This document shows, in pieces, positions 1-15,385 of a DNA stretch of 64,000 nt. Numbering within the stretch: the stretch's first letter is position 1; each line of letters opens with the position of its first letter. The position numbers and the translations under genes were made by a program. This stretch comes from the human T2T-CHM13v2.0 reference genome, Homo sapiens. Location of the stretch: the NCBI RefSeq assembly GCF_009914755.1, contig NC_060939.1; one strand, given 5' to 3'. The notes under the pieces were generated by a model that saw only the letters and a list, made by a program, of their open reading frames with translations, was not told the origin of the DNA and did no database searches.

Positions 1-137
1 ATATCTTTGCTTGTTTTTCTTCCTTTTTTTTTTTTTTTTTAAATGCCACGCTTATTTTTGGTCTCTCTCATCCAAAATGGTAATGAATGCTAAAATTACC
101 AGAAATAATTGCCTTTGAGGTTTTAAATAAGCCTTAA

Positions 138-446
<309 letters not shown>

Positions 447-3400
447 AAACAATTATTTTTTAATGGTTTTCAACTGGAAAAGCATTTGGAATGAAAATCA
501 GCAACACAATGGCCAGAAACAAAAATGGCAAAAATGTCTTAAACCTTGTTTTCTATTTAATTCCTAACAATGATTTCATCTTACGGTTGTGCTATTTATA
601 AAATTTGAGATGATAGACTTTTTTCTCTTTATTTTTCTGGATTGAAAATAATAATTCAGGACAGTACCAATTGTGGAAATATCTCTGTGGGTTACACTGA
701 GGAACTAGTACTTTCTAGTAGGTGGATCTTTTCTTGGTTTCGAGACTCTCCATAATTTGGTTGGAAAAAAATGATATTTTATTGTAAGAGCTATCACTGA
801 GAATTTTAAATTCTTAGATATCTATTTAAAATTATACATTTAAAACCATTTGAAATGTCCATATTGGGGAGGTTTTAGGGGAGGGAATAGTCTTTTCTTA
901 ATCAAAGTAGCAAACATCTGTGTTCTTTCTAGCCTGTCTTTTGATTAGCATGGCCTCATCCATCACTGGTCTTTGATATGAACACCAAGAAGTCGTGTCC
1001 TTTTGTTTTAAATGATAAATATGCCTTTGTCATGAATACTCATAGGCAACCCAGGATTTACATCTGAATTGTCAAAGTGTAACTGCCCAGCTCCTGTGAT
1101 GAGTGACATTATTAGTGAAATAAAGAAGTTTTTAATTTGTCATGGATAGGCCTTAATGAGACTATGTGGGTTGTGGTGCTAGAAAAAGTTGTCCTTCCCC
1201 CACTATTTTTCTAAGATTTGTCATTTATCAACAAGAGGCAATCTGCCGCAGGAGGTTCTCTGTGAACATTTTTACTTTAGTGCCATTAGTCTGTCTCTAG
1301 GTTTCATTATTTAGGCTAGATGACTGGTAGTACTTATCAAAACTAATGCTATCTGAAGTACCCAGGCTCCTGTTGGTCAAACAACCAGCATCATGATTTG
1401 TTCTGTCAAGTTATTATTATCAAAGACAGTGTTTTTTTAAACTTTAGCTTTATTTCAAGGTCTATGTCAATTATATTTTCTAAATACATTTCTTTGACAT
1501 CTTTGTTCCCACTAACCCACATCTACTCACATGTATTTATGTATGTGCTATTTATATAAATACATTGACCTATTCATATCTACCTATACAATTTCATGTT
1601 AATCATCAAAACCCTCAGGGTGTCCAATTTAACTGTTGTATTTGACTCTTCAACTAAGAAATTAGGACCATTAAAATTAAAAATATTGTGAAGTCTTGAT
1701 CTTCACTTGTCTGCAATTTAATAGATTACAGCTTTCATATATTTGCTTTATTTGTTCCTACACTATTAATAGACAAATAGTTTGATAATTTTAAAGTGTC
1801 TTGTGATAAATGTTTCATGTTGGTAATAAGTGGTTTATTCTAATTTTATGTATACAGAGTATCCTGTGAAGATTTGGTATTTTAACAAGTAACTTTTAAC
1901 AGAAATTGCATTACCTTCTACATGATTTGTCTTTATAATTTCAATACAACTGTTTTAAAAGTAGGCAGAGTAAGAGTGTTCAATCTCTTTTTCAACTGAA
2001 TTGACCGGTGAATTAACCAAAACAACCTTTAATTTAGCATGTTGGGAATTTACATGAAAGTTAAGCTATATATTTTAGTTTGATTTAGCATCTCTCCATA
2101 AAAATCATTAAAATGGTTCAATCAGTATAAAAGCCTCACTTAAATTATATTGTATTTCAGGTCATATCCCTCACCCCACAAATGTATTAATCTTTGATTT
2201 TCAGTTTTGATTGTTTCAAAACTAAACTTTAGCACTCATTTTTTGAACAATATTTCTTGAGTGCCAAAAATATATATTTTAAGGCAAAAAAATACATGAT
2301 TAACCCTTATTATCAGGCTTGCTCATCGAATTCTTTTTTCTAATTTTTAGTATTTCCTAAATCACCTGTTTCATAGAAAATGAAGTCTTGTTCATATTTG
2401 TTTCCCAAAAGAAAACAAACGCCTGGCAACTCTAAAGCCCAACCCCTTACATTAATGGAGATTTTTGTACTGTAATGTAAGTGTCTGAGTTTTTGAGACC
2501 CTAAGGCTTTCACCCAACTTAAAGACAATGATGCCAGTGAGCTTCTGTCCAGAGTTAATCAGCTGCAGAATTTGTAAACTGCACATGTGTCAAAGTTGAA
2601 AATGTTAGCACTCTAATAGAAGCTTGAAAAGGTTAGATCTGATAAAAGCCATCAGCAGTTAAAGAAAGTGATTTATGGGAATGTAATGACACAAAATGCC
2701 TCATTTATCACTCATATATAGATAGGTTAAGCTTCCTGTGTCATACTTTTAAAAACTTGACCACTTCGAATTGTCAAAATAGGTACTTAATTGCCCTTCA
2801 TCCTTTTCATTTTGAATTTATTTCATTTGAAATTGGTAATTTCATCTACGATTACTTTACTGTCATTCACTTCATATGGTTCCATTTAAAGTCATTCATA
2901 TTTAAGATTTTCAAAAACTGCATCACCGATCTTTTTGAAGTTTTATTAGCTAAAGCTGTTGCAAAGAAAGATTAAGCCAGTCTTATATATGCTAATTTAC
3001 ACTTTTATGTAACACAAATACCATGGAGATATGTTCAAGTTTCATTTTCTCTTTCCTAACACTTGTAATTTTCATCAGCATTTTCTAATCCTCTGAATAT
3101 TCTATATATCTCTCTTAAAAAGTGCACCACAAGATGTTAAAAGACAGAGCCATCAATTGGTTTACCATCCTAATAACTCAACTTAATATTTAAGCTCCAC
3201 ACAAATTAAATTTAATGAAAACCTGCCTGTCTGGCTAAATGATCCCTAAAAATGGGGGCAAAAGCCAAAGTTAAGAGACATGCCAAATTGTATTTCTTTC
3301 CCAGGATTATTAAAAAACAATTCTCAATTATTTCTTATACATTCTAAGGAAGATATTTATAAACTTGGGATTTCTAAACATTTATTGGCTTATTTGATGT

Positions 3401-3759
3401 CATTTAGTTTATGCATAAATATCTTAATGCTATTAAATAAAAACTATTTTACAAACTTCGTTACGTCACAGTAGTATTGTAAAACACAAAATTTTATGAA
3501 TGATTATCACAGTTTTAGACTCCTTAATGTGACAGGTAGACTTGCTGAAGGGCTTCATGGAGATCTTTCAGAACATGAAGTAGGCAGAAATGTCCCAGGA
3601 CTTCCTTTGCCCCTCTATAGCCAAAAAATAAATTTGAGAAGTTTGGCAGGTTTCACTTTGTCAGCCCAATGCTGCACTTTCTTCAACAGTGACGTTCCAA
3701 ATTCAATTGAAAAAGAAGTCAGAACAGTTTCTTCAACAAGACAAAGGCACAAAAAAAAT

Positions 3760-4210
3760 TTACAGGGAAAGGGAGGAACTGTACTAGGAAAAAAACTTAA
3801 GAGACATCCTAACCAAATGCAGTTGATCCTGTTTGTTGCACCTTGATTCCATCAGACTACAAAAAAAAAATCACATTTTTTAGATAGTCATTGAAAGTTG
3901 AATATGAATTATTGTGAATTCTTAACACCTAGAAATTATTAATTTTCTTAGGCATGACAATGCCATTGTGGCATTATGTATGAAATTGTGTCAAAAAATG
4001 TCCTTTCTTTGAAAAAGAGATACATACAAAAATATGTAAGGGTAGATTGAGTTGGTGTCTGAGATTTCCTCTAAATATTTCAATAAAATAAATATATAAG
4101 TTCATAGGGAAAGAAAGATTTAAAGAGGGATATAGAATCTGGAAGATGGATATCTGAGGTGAGGGATCTCTCTGCTTTGTATACATTGAAATTGTTTGCA
4201 AAAAATAAAA
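3760..4210 (+). mobile_element. Ancient L1 (L1MC/L1ME-type) 3' UTR fragment
   Basis: Degenerate match to old L1M 3' ends (attattaattttcttaggcatgacaatgccattgtgg ... agagatacatacaaaaatatgtaaggg). Confidence 0.55.
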
Positions 4211-6770
4211 AAAGTCAGGGGAATTATCTAAAAGTACCATTTTAAATATAAAATTATAACATCCTATATTTTCTAGTATTTTCTTATCACCAGTATAAGT
4301 TTTTAAGTCATAAGATATAACCTAAACCTTTTTTAATCTCCAAAGTTTATTCAAAAAATCATCTAATTGGCCACTACCAAATCCATTTACAATATTTTAA
4401 CCCAGTAGCAAACCCAGTATTTTTTAAATAAAGAAAATGGGTAAGAAATTCTGAACATTTATTCAAAATATGACAGAAACTTATTAGCATACTTCTTTGT
4501 GCTCTGAAAAGTGTTTAATTCCTAAATAGTAGCACAAATCATTTTTTTGTTTAAAATGATTGTTGATGTATAACTTCAGCCTTATGTTTCTGGCAAATGA
4601 ATTAGAGAGTTTATAAATCTTATATTTTAAGCTTTGTTTTTTATCACTGTTTACAAAAGCATTTTCTTGAGTTACAGATATAATTTCCCAACTTAAGGAC
4701 TATTAAACTAAATGTATTTCTAGATGCATCTTTGTTCAGACATTTTATATACATATATACATTTAAATTAAAATCTTGATTTTTTTGTATGATTTTTAAA
4801 ACCTGCATTTACTTGGCACTTTAAGCACATATGCAGTATTTTCATCTTTAAGCAACAACAAGAAAACCTGAAAATCTGAGACTCTCAGAATATACATTGA
4901 TTTGGAGAAAATGTGTTCTTAATATGAATTTATCATTTACTCAACTTATATTAAAGGTTAGTTAGCCAAATGTATTGTATTTTTTTTTCCTTTTTGTGAA
5001 TCGTGTACATACATTAAGACAATACAAGAAGAACCATTTCAGCTTAACCTTCCAGAGATTAATCATTTAGTTTGAAGGAGTTCTGTTGTTATTTTTTAAA
5101 TCTGTGATTAGAAAAAATCATGTGTTTATATAATCATGGGCATCAAAATTGTCTCAATCTATGAATCTTAGCAGTTTGCTCTTGTAACAACTATGAGGAA
5201 ATGTATTAGAATGCCTTAATTACAGAGCAAGAAAAAGAGAAGGCACAGTCTTTTCGCATATGATCTTTCAATTGTTCAGCAAAGGATAAAGAAGGCATTC
5301 AAGCGTGGTTTCAAGAACTGTCAGCAATAAGAAAATGCAAGGTACTTTGTAGGGCCTTCAAGACCTTTCTGGAAAATAGATTTAATTAAAAAGTAAAATA
5401 GACTTTTCAAAGAAATCTTAAAAATGTTATAAAACTTCATGTTAATATATTAATAGGGGTATTGTCTTCTTATCCTAGATGAGAAAAAGTCATCCATGAA
5501 GCTATTATATTTGATTCATACAACAGTGGAGCTTATAAATATTTTTCTTTAGGTTTGATTTAAGAGTGAGAATTATAATGCATTGAAGTATATAACAGTG
5601 TTAAAAGGCCTACTCTTTTTGATTCACAGATGGTGATTCAATCTCACCCGTAAAGTAGGAACATCTATAGTAGTCTTCCCCCTCCTAAAAGGAGTCCTTT
5701 TACCCAAATTAAAGTTTAAAATGATCAGAAATATCAGTGCATATGCTGTTTGTTTTAATTAACATGTTCATGTACACTTTGTTCATCCTTAGAACAATAC
5801 TAATACTATGTAGTCGGGTATAAGAATTCCAGAGGTACTTTATTCCTTCCCTAGTTACTTTAACTTTTATAATTTTTTTTTTTAAAAAAAGCTCATTTAT
5901 TTTCCACTGAGTTCAGTCCTAAAGCTTAATTAACAGTATATCTCCAAGCTGAATTACAGCAGAGAAGGTTAACCTGACTCTGTGCTAAGTAGCTGTTTAT
6001 AAATAACCCAAGTTTGTTCTTCTAGAGCTTCAGAGCTTACATCGTCACCTCAGCCTGCCTAGCCTGTCTCAGGGTTTGGAGAGCCAGTCTGCTCTCATCC
6101 AAGCACACACACATCAGTATTTACTGGCTATTACCAGACACCAAATATATTCATGTTTAAATTGTCTTTGTTTTAGGACACTTCATTCAAAAACAAATCA
6201 ATCTCAGAAGGTTGTGTTTTTAAGTAATTACTCTTTCATTGAGAATCTGTTTCTGGGCCAGTGTTGCTATTTTTCCAACTAGTCAATGATCAATGTATTC
6301 ACTGTTCAATGTAAATAAATAAATAAGGATTAATTTGGCAGTGTACTTAAAGGCCTTATTAAAATCTCCTGTGTCTAGACTTCCATTTAAAATGACACTA
6401 GTGAACACTAGATACATAGTACAGGGACTTGTTTCCAGTTTAGCTCACACAGGGATGTAGCCACTAAAAATGTCTGCTCTATATTTCCATTAACTTGAGT
6501 TTCTCAGTTTAAATTATTATTCTGCAAAAGATACTGCAAACTACTTTGTTCCTAAATAGTCATTCAGTGGATTGAATAATACTTGAAGATTTGTTGCATT
6601 TTGACTGTAGGAAAAATAATGCCTCTGTGTGATAATGAGTATATGATTTGCATGTGTGTTGTATAATTTACAATATACATATGCATTCATCATGTTATTC
6701 TTTCAATATGATGAATTACGTCAGTTTATTGCATATGTCTGCATGTACCTCATCTCTTAATTAAAGCATT

Positions 6771-7300
6771 AATCACTAAAATTACCAGAAATACATAGTT
6801 TTAGTGTAAAATTTAATGTTGATCTTTGCATAGTAATACACATATTATTTCTAATTGGTAGACTATACTAAGACATTTTAAGTAAGGATTTCCCTATTAT
6901 CATTCTATCATATCAGTTATTTTAAATATGCTTATCTTAATATATACTTACACTTTTTAACCATTTTAAATCATTTTTATTTGAGATTAATTTCCTAAAT
7001 CACTAAAATTACCAAAGACATACATATGTGCATATATATGCATATTATGTGATCAACTTTAAAATTTAAAAACTGTATATAGTCTTATTGCACTTTTAAA
7101 ATTTAAAGTTGATCTTTGCATTATTCATACACATTATTTCTAATTGGTAGACTGTAAGATAAGTGAAGATTCTATATTATGCTTTTATCATATCAAATTT
7201 ATATATGTGATCTTAATATATACTTGCTACACACTTTAATAATTGTGTTGTTTAATAATTTTTTTCCACTTGGGATTAATTATATTTGAGTTTAATTTCC
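6771..7300. repeat. Diverged tandem duplication, copy 1 6771-6995 and copy 2 6998-7300
   Basis: Colinear shared blocks aatcactaaaattacca, gttgatctttgcat, attatttctaattggtagact, tcttaatatatactt, atttgag.ttaatttcc. Confidence 0.9.
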
Positions 7301-8169
7301 CAGCACTTAATATTAATTCATTTGCAAGTAATAAACATTTGCTAATCATGCAGTTCAATCCTTTAAAAGTCCACAGCTGCAGAACAGAATTAAAAATTGT
7401 AATGCTTAGAGGGAACTATTTGGGAAAAAAGTTACTATCTGGTCATAGGATTTAGTTGCTAAGAGTTTGGTGTTAAGAAGGAGGCACATGTAGCATCCTC
7501 CCCATTAGTTCATTTAACTTTTCTAAGAAAACAATTTTATTTGGTTACTCCTAAACAGTTTCTATAACTGTCCCCATTATCTACCTTCTTAGCCCAAGAC
7601 CTTGCTCCAAGGCTTCTCTGAGAAGGTAGAGAACTCCCACATAGAACTGCTTTAAATCACCCCCATTTCTCTCTCTGTTTTTGCTTATTCTCTCCACTTG
7701 TCTCAAATGAAGGTGGCTTCTTATTACACTTCTTCCTTTCCTCAGTTTTCCCTCTTCCCTAGAATTGCATGGTTTGCCCTGTGCTTTGAAAATCTCCCTT
7801 GATTTACACTCTACAGCTACTGACTTACTCTCCTCTTCCCATTGTTGTCCAGTACCTTGATATTCTTTCATGCTGGTGGCCTCTACTCCCCAACCCACTT
7901 AATGGAAGAACTTGACATTCTCCCATGTTTGTTTCAAAGCCACATAGGCATGTGTCTACGAGATGCTGCTTTGATAATGAGTTGGTTATACTCCTGCATC
8001 CTACTCAATTGCATAAACATTCTCTAATTCCTAATGGAAAGGCTGAAGAACCTTAAGCCTACTCACTTGGACCTGCTGTTGATGAGTGCCTGGGATGCTG
8101 AGTTATTTCAGGGCTCTGCTGTTAATGTTCTAGCAGTATTACCCATCCAGATCTCTTTAAAATCTTGGT

Positions 8170-8340
8170 AAATAATGGCTGTCCATTGCCTGCAGAGGAA
8201 AGTCAGGCCTCTTGTCTTGAAGTACGTTTAAGGTCTTCCACAGTCTGACCTCCTCCTTTCCAGCCATATCCCAAGATGTTACTCCATACACTTCCCTACT
8301 TCTAGCCAAACAAATATGCCTCACACCCTTTTTAATCATT
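8170..8340 (+). mobile_element. L2 fragment
   Basis: tggctgtccattgcctgcagaggaaagtc ... aaggtcttccacagtctgacc resembles the L2 3' region. Confidence 0.5.
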
Positions 8341-8353
8341 TAAAAATGCTTCA

Positions 8354-8756
<403 letters not shown>

Positions 8757-9379
8757 CTAAATTATTCAAATGAAGTGATTCATCTAGAATCTAGACTATA
8801 GGTAACAAATATTGCATTTGAGGCTAAAGTTATGTTAGGAGCATTTGGAAAATATTAACTAATCTGCATGTTGCCAGAGTGTGCCACCGTAATGTGACAT
8901 GATAAAGAACTAGACCAGGAGGTTTCATTTGTGTGTGCCATTGCTGTGACAGGGACTACATGGAGTACTACCTCAAGAATTATGAGGCTTTTGTGGACAG
9001 CTGACTTCTGCTAGCTCCCTTTTCTCTGTCTCTCATATCCTGTCTCACTAATAGTCTGGGTCAATTAGTTACTGTCTAGCTAGTTACTGTCCAGTTAATG
9101 ACTCTTCATCCTTATTAAGCAGTTATGGGATCAGATCACTGTACCGGCTGCTTATGAGTCAGAGGACAATCACTTAATCAGTTGGTTGTATCCCAAGAAT
9201 GTAAAGTAATTTAACCCAAATAAGAATACTCATATACAGGGAAATGCCTGGAGCTGCTTTTTGTTTAGAAAAGACATCTGGGTGTGGGAGGTACATAGGG
9301 TGTCCTAGATTGTCACATAAACTCATACTTATTAATAAAGATAATATTGTTCAAGACTATATTTATGACCAAAATCACC

Positions 9380-10350
9380 AGGTCAGAACTCACCTTTACT
9401 TGACCTGTCCACAACATTTGACAAAGCTTACCGATGACTCCTTGAAACTTGACTTTATTTGGTTTATAGAGTACCACACCTTTTGGTTTTCTCCCAATCT
9501 TCGTAACCATTCCTTCTCAATCTCCATTCATGCTTCCTTCTCTTCTAACTGTTCTCTTTATGTTGGAGTGTCCCAGAGCTCAACATTTCATCCTCTTCTC
9601 TATTTTTTTGGCTTGGCGATTTCATCTAGTTTTATACCATCTGCGTGCTAATACTTCCGAAAGCTATGGGTCTATACTGAACCTCTCCCTGAACTTCAGG
9701 ACCCATATATCCAGTTGCCCATTCAACACCTCTGCTTGAATATATGGCAGATATCTCAAATTCAGCGTAGCCATATCTGAATTCCAGATGTCCTTAAATG
9801 TTTTTCCCATCTCAGTTTTGACAATTCTGTCTTTCCATTTGCTTAGATGAACTACCTTGGAATCATTCTTGTTTCTCTGCCTCATATGCCACTTCTTGCA
9901 GTGGTTCCCTATGACCCAGAGTAAGAGCCAAAATCAGCCTTCATGGCCCTAGATCGTTCTGCCCCAGTTATTGTTCTGACCTCATCTCCTACCACACACT
10001 CCCCGCTTACCCACTCTGCAACAGCCATTCTGGCCTCTTTGCTCTTCCTCAAACTTGTCAAGTACGTTGCTGCCCCAGGCCTTTTGTGCTGACTCCCTGT
10101 TACATGAAGCACTGTCCTGAGGTACATACGTAGCTCACTGTCCAAAGTCAGACACATCACCACCTTCTCAGACCTAATCTGACCCCCCCAACAGCCTACA
10201 GCTTTCTTTTTTGTTCCATGTTTCTCCATAATCCTTACCTCCTAAAATGATCTATAATATCCCTCTGTTTTGTTTGCCCCACTAGGATAAAAGTTTCACA
10301 AGGACAGGGATTTTTGTCTGTTTTGTTTACCCCTGTATCACTAGGATTAA
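9380..10350 (+). mobile_element. L2 (L2a-like) 3' portion
   Basis: Typical L2 motifs: tacttgacctgtccacaacatttgaca, tgaactctcccctgaacttcag, and the 3' end ggacagggatttttgtctgttttgtttacccctgtatc. Confidence 0.8.
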
Positions 10351-10583
10351 AGTAATAAGAGCCTATTATGTGCCAGGCACTGAATGGTTTATTTTGAATA
10401 GGCATAATGTATTTTTAAAATGTAAATATCATGTACCAATGTTAATAGCACAAACTGCTAATGTTACAACATTTGATGTTCCCAAAGTTTCTGAGACTTG
10501 GAAGGAATGTTACAAATCTAATATATATGCCATGGAAAATAAACAATCATCAGTCTTTGAGTTTTGCGGTTTGAAGAAAACAA

Positions 10584-10925
10584 GGCTGGGTGCAGTGGCT
10601 CATGCCTATAATCCCAACACTTTGGGAGGCCAAGGTGGGAAGCTGAATTGCAGCCAGGGATTTGAGACTAGCTGGGCAACATAGCAAGACCCTGTTTCAA
10701 CAACAACAAAAAACAAAAACAAATTTAAAAAGCCAGACATAGTGGCATGTGCCTGTAGTTCCAGCTAGTTGGGAGACTGAGGTGGAAAGATCCCTTAAGC
10801 CCAGGAGTTTGAGCATACAGTGAACAGTGATGGTAACCCTGTACTGAAGCCTAGGCAATAGAGTGAAAGCCTGTCTCTAAATGCAAAACAAAACAAAACA
10901 AAACAAAACAAAACAAAAAACAAAG
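10584..10925 (+). mobile_element. AluJ-type SINE with (CAAAA)n tail
   Basis: Diverged dimeric Alu with ctgggcaacatagcaagaccc; tail expanded to (caaaa)n at about 10885-10920. Confidence 0.93.
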
Positions 10926-12051
10926 AAAAGACAGGCTGTCTCCTCTCTCCCTCGCTTTGGTTTTACTGGGAAGCCCACTGCAATTTCTGAGAGAAATAAT
11001 ACCAACTTAAAGAAAAATTATTGGTATTGTTTTATATGTTATCAGTATGTTTGGAGATCGTGTTACAATATACTTATAAAGCCATTTATAGGAAATGCAC
11101 ACTGTGACACGTATTTTAACCATTACTGGCAAGTATCAAACTTCAAAATTAATTATGCAAATATTCCAAATGTTAGCAAGTTTAAAGTAAAGCATGAGAT
11201 GATGTCTTGGATCCAACTGAAAATAAGTATGTATTCTCCTATTACCATTTTGATTACTGAAAATTATACAAAAACCATGTTATTGAATTTAAAAGATCCA
11301 CAGTGTTGGCCATCTCTGCACATATCACATCCAAAAAATTTGAAAAATTAGTATTCTGAATGAAATATACAAAGTTTTATTCTTTTTTTAAACTCTGATT
11401 GAATATGTATCTAAAATGTCATATTTACTACAGGAATCCACATTGCTTAGCAAAAACAACAAATTTATTTTGTACTGGAAAAGGGCTTGCCCGAAAGTTT
11501 CACTGAATATGGTTTGTTGAAAATGCTCTCCAAACAAAAGTTGGGGGGTTGAATAATTTTGGAAAATGTTGCCTACTACATTAGAATATTAACGGCTCTG
11601 AGAAATTCTGTGTCAAGGAAACATGTTTTCATTGTTTAAGCCTACATTTCTTAAACTTATTTGATGAAGGACCTCTTTTTTGCATCTAATACCTGTGTCC
11701 CCTTTGGAATGCCCTCTTGGACTCTCTTGTGTGGACGATAATCACATCAGTGGTGGGATATGAGTGAGGTAGATGTGGGGGGTGGGGAGTACCACTTTTA
11801 AGCTACGTAAGAGGAGATAGTAAATATACTTAGGCATCCTAACTAACCATACCTGTCATAACTGAAAAGCCCAAATGACATCACCTTAGATCCGAGATTA
11901 TGCAGGGACCAGACAGATAACAGAAAGGAGTGGAAACTGTGGTGATACCGAGAGATGGTAGCACTTCTACGTGAAACAGCCCTGCTCAGCTCATCTCATG
12001 TGGCTATGGAGATATAATGGGCCCACTATGGTCAAATCTCGTAATTCTTCA

Positions 12052-12575
<524 letters not shown>

Positions 12576-12992
12576 TTTTAAAGAATTTACTGTGATGGCC
12601 TGGGCTATCTCCTACACTTTAAATAGTGACAATTAATTCTGTAGTTTCAGGGCACTGAAGCAAAATATATCCCAGAACCACCCTGATGCATGACCTCTAC
12701 TTTATGAGGAATTGGTACAGCAGCATAAAAAGGAGAGGCATATGGGGTAACCAGTGCACTCCTGCCAAATAATCAAACCCTGGTAGAAACAAAACAACTT
12801 TACCTTCCATATTTCCTAGACTGGAGTATTTCCAACTAGTTGTAAGTGTTTAAGTCTGAAAAACTTCAAAGACCAGTTGACATCATTGTCTTCATCAAAT
12901 AATTATAATGACAATTTAATATTTGAAAAGCTTTTTTTTTTTTTTTTTAGTTTACAAAGTACTAGCATTGAAAAATAAAATGATGCTCTAGG

Positions 12993-13385
12993 GGTCCTAG
13001 TTTCCTAGGGTGGTCATAACAGAATACCACACAGACTGGGTGGCTTACAGGACGGAAATTTATTTTCTCACAGTTCTGGAGGCTGGAAGGCTGACATCAA
13101 AGTATCGGCAGGGCTGGTTCTTTCTGAGTGTCATGAGGAGAGGATTTGTCCCTAGCTTGTAGAAGGGCTTCTTCTTCCTGTGTCTTCACATCATCTTTCT
13201 TCTGTGATATCTGTGTCCAAGTTTCTTCTTCTTGTAAGGACATTAGTCATTCAATTAGGGACACCCTAATGACCTCATTGTAACTTAATTTCCTCTGTAA
13301 AGACCCTGTCCCCAAATACAGTCACATTTTGAAGTGCTGGAATTTAGGGCTTCAACATACAAAGTTTTTGGGAGGTACATAACAC
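12993..13385 (-). mobile_element. MLT1 (MLT1B-like) ERVL-MaLR solo LTR
   Basis: tagtttcctagggtggtcataacagaataccacacagactgggtggctta ... ctcacagttctggaggctggaag ... agggcttcaacata. Confidence 0.88.
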
Positions 13386-14199
13386 TAGGAAAGAACTTTG
13401 TGGAGTAAAACGAGGGCTGTCTCCGTGGTTTGGGTTTTGGTATTTTGGTTTATTTAAATACTTAAAAATCAGATTCAAAATCTTAACCATAATATTTTAT
13501 ACATAAGCCAGGAAAAGTTCCTTTGTGAACTGAAAATAAAAGCGTAGATGAAACCAATTATCCAAATAAAAGAGTAGATGGAACCAAATGTCCAAGTGTC
13601 CAGAGACCTACAAAAACTAGTGTGTATATGTGAGATACTAGGAAAGGAAGGATTGAAATTACAGGTCATTCATCTGGACCACCGTCAAAGACCCAACTAG
13701 ACAAGACCAGCTGGAAGCCAATTTATATCTATAAATACATAAAATAGAGTATAAATGGAATAATATGTAAAATGAGATACGAACCCTTACTGTTAACATC
13801 AACATGTTCTAATGCATAAAAGTTCTTAGTAGTCTAAGCCTATGCAAAACAATTTTTTTTTGTTTTGCTTTTGTTTTCTCTTTAGTGTTTGTTCGTTAAT
13901 ACACAGGAAAACAAAAAATCAGTACATTGAGTTTTGATGGCCAACGAAGAAGGCAAAAATCAAACAGAATCTCAAATTCAACATTGATTATGTAAAATAA
14001 ACTTTTTCAGGTCACCTTTATTTTGTGAACTGCTTTCTCACAATTTTCTTTATACCATCATAGATTTCTGAGACCCCAATGTGCTTGAGTTGAGACCTCC
14101 TTCTGGAGTCTTCCTGTTGTTGGTTTGCCTGTGTAGAATAAGTATTTCCAGATGCAGGCCAGTTTTCTTTCAAAACTGCAGCAGATTGCTGAAGTTCAC

Positions 14200-14800
14200 T
14201 CATTCACACATTCATTCGTTTATTCATTAAACTGGTACCTTGTGCTGGGTACAGGGGTAGGCAATAAAGATAAAAGATAAGCATGGCCTCAAGCCTCAGT
14301 AAGCTCATGGTCTTGTAAAATAAACAAAAATGTTAACAAGGAATTTAGTATGTTAAGTACAGTAGCAACTGGCTTGGGTCCTCAGAATGGAAATAGTCAT
14401 TCAAGCCAGAGGGAGTGGGAAGACCCATGAGTTGAGTCATAAGAAAAGCACAAAGGTTTTCTAGGTAACCTATTAAAAGGCAGACCAAATTACCTGGCAT
14501 GAAAGTGGAGAAGTTTGAAAATAGATAGTATATTAAAGAAATGGTAAGTAACTTTGGTATTTCTGAAGTATCAACTGTGTGTCAGGATAGAGAAGATGAT
14601 ATTGGAGAAGTAAGACGAGCCAGGTCATGTAGGGGAAAAATCACTTCGGCAGTGGGAAGCCTTTGAAATATTTTAATTAGGGGAGTAGCATGATCATATT
14701 TTTATTTAGAAAGACTGTATGAGCAGCAATATGGGGAATAGATTGGAAAGGAAAGTCACTGAGAGTCAAATTTATTTAAGAAATAAGCAGTAGATAATCT
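14200..14800 (-). mobile_element. L2 fragment
   Basis: (cattca)n-like L2 tail followed by purine-rich antisense L2 sequence. Confidence 0.6.
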
Positions 14801-15049
14801 TAGCAAAGTCATAGAGTAGGGTGCTTAGCCTAAACATAACCTGCTACCTGTACCAAAACACACAAAGATATTCTGTGTTCTGCAACATCTCTTTTCAGTA
14901 TCAAGTCCCAACAGTGCAGTGCCCTCTTTTAATCTAATCAAATGCAATAATCAGAACTAATCCTAGTATCAGTGGATGCTGCAGTCAGGGTCCCTGCAAC
15001 TTCTGATGCTTGAAACCCAGGTATGGAGTGAGTATTATATATACCCTCA

Positions 15050-15385
<336 letters not shown>

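Noticed and set aside
5145-5164. aaaattgtctcaatctatga nearly matches the end of the 55/57-kb duplicate
   Set aside because: Isolated AT-rich 20-mer with an indel and no flanking similarity; likely chance.
9067-9097. 15-bp tandem micro-duplication tagttactgtc(t/c)ag
   Set aside because: Ordinary slippage product with no further structure.
9244-10229. Cluster of overlapping ORFs on both strands
   Set aside because: Lies almost entirely in a decayed L2 element.
10881-11351. Longest ORF in the track (156 aa)
   Set aside because: Begins in an Alu (CAAAA)n tail, has AT-biased composition, and shows no recognisable domain or splice support.
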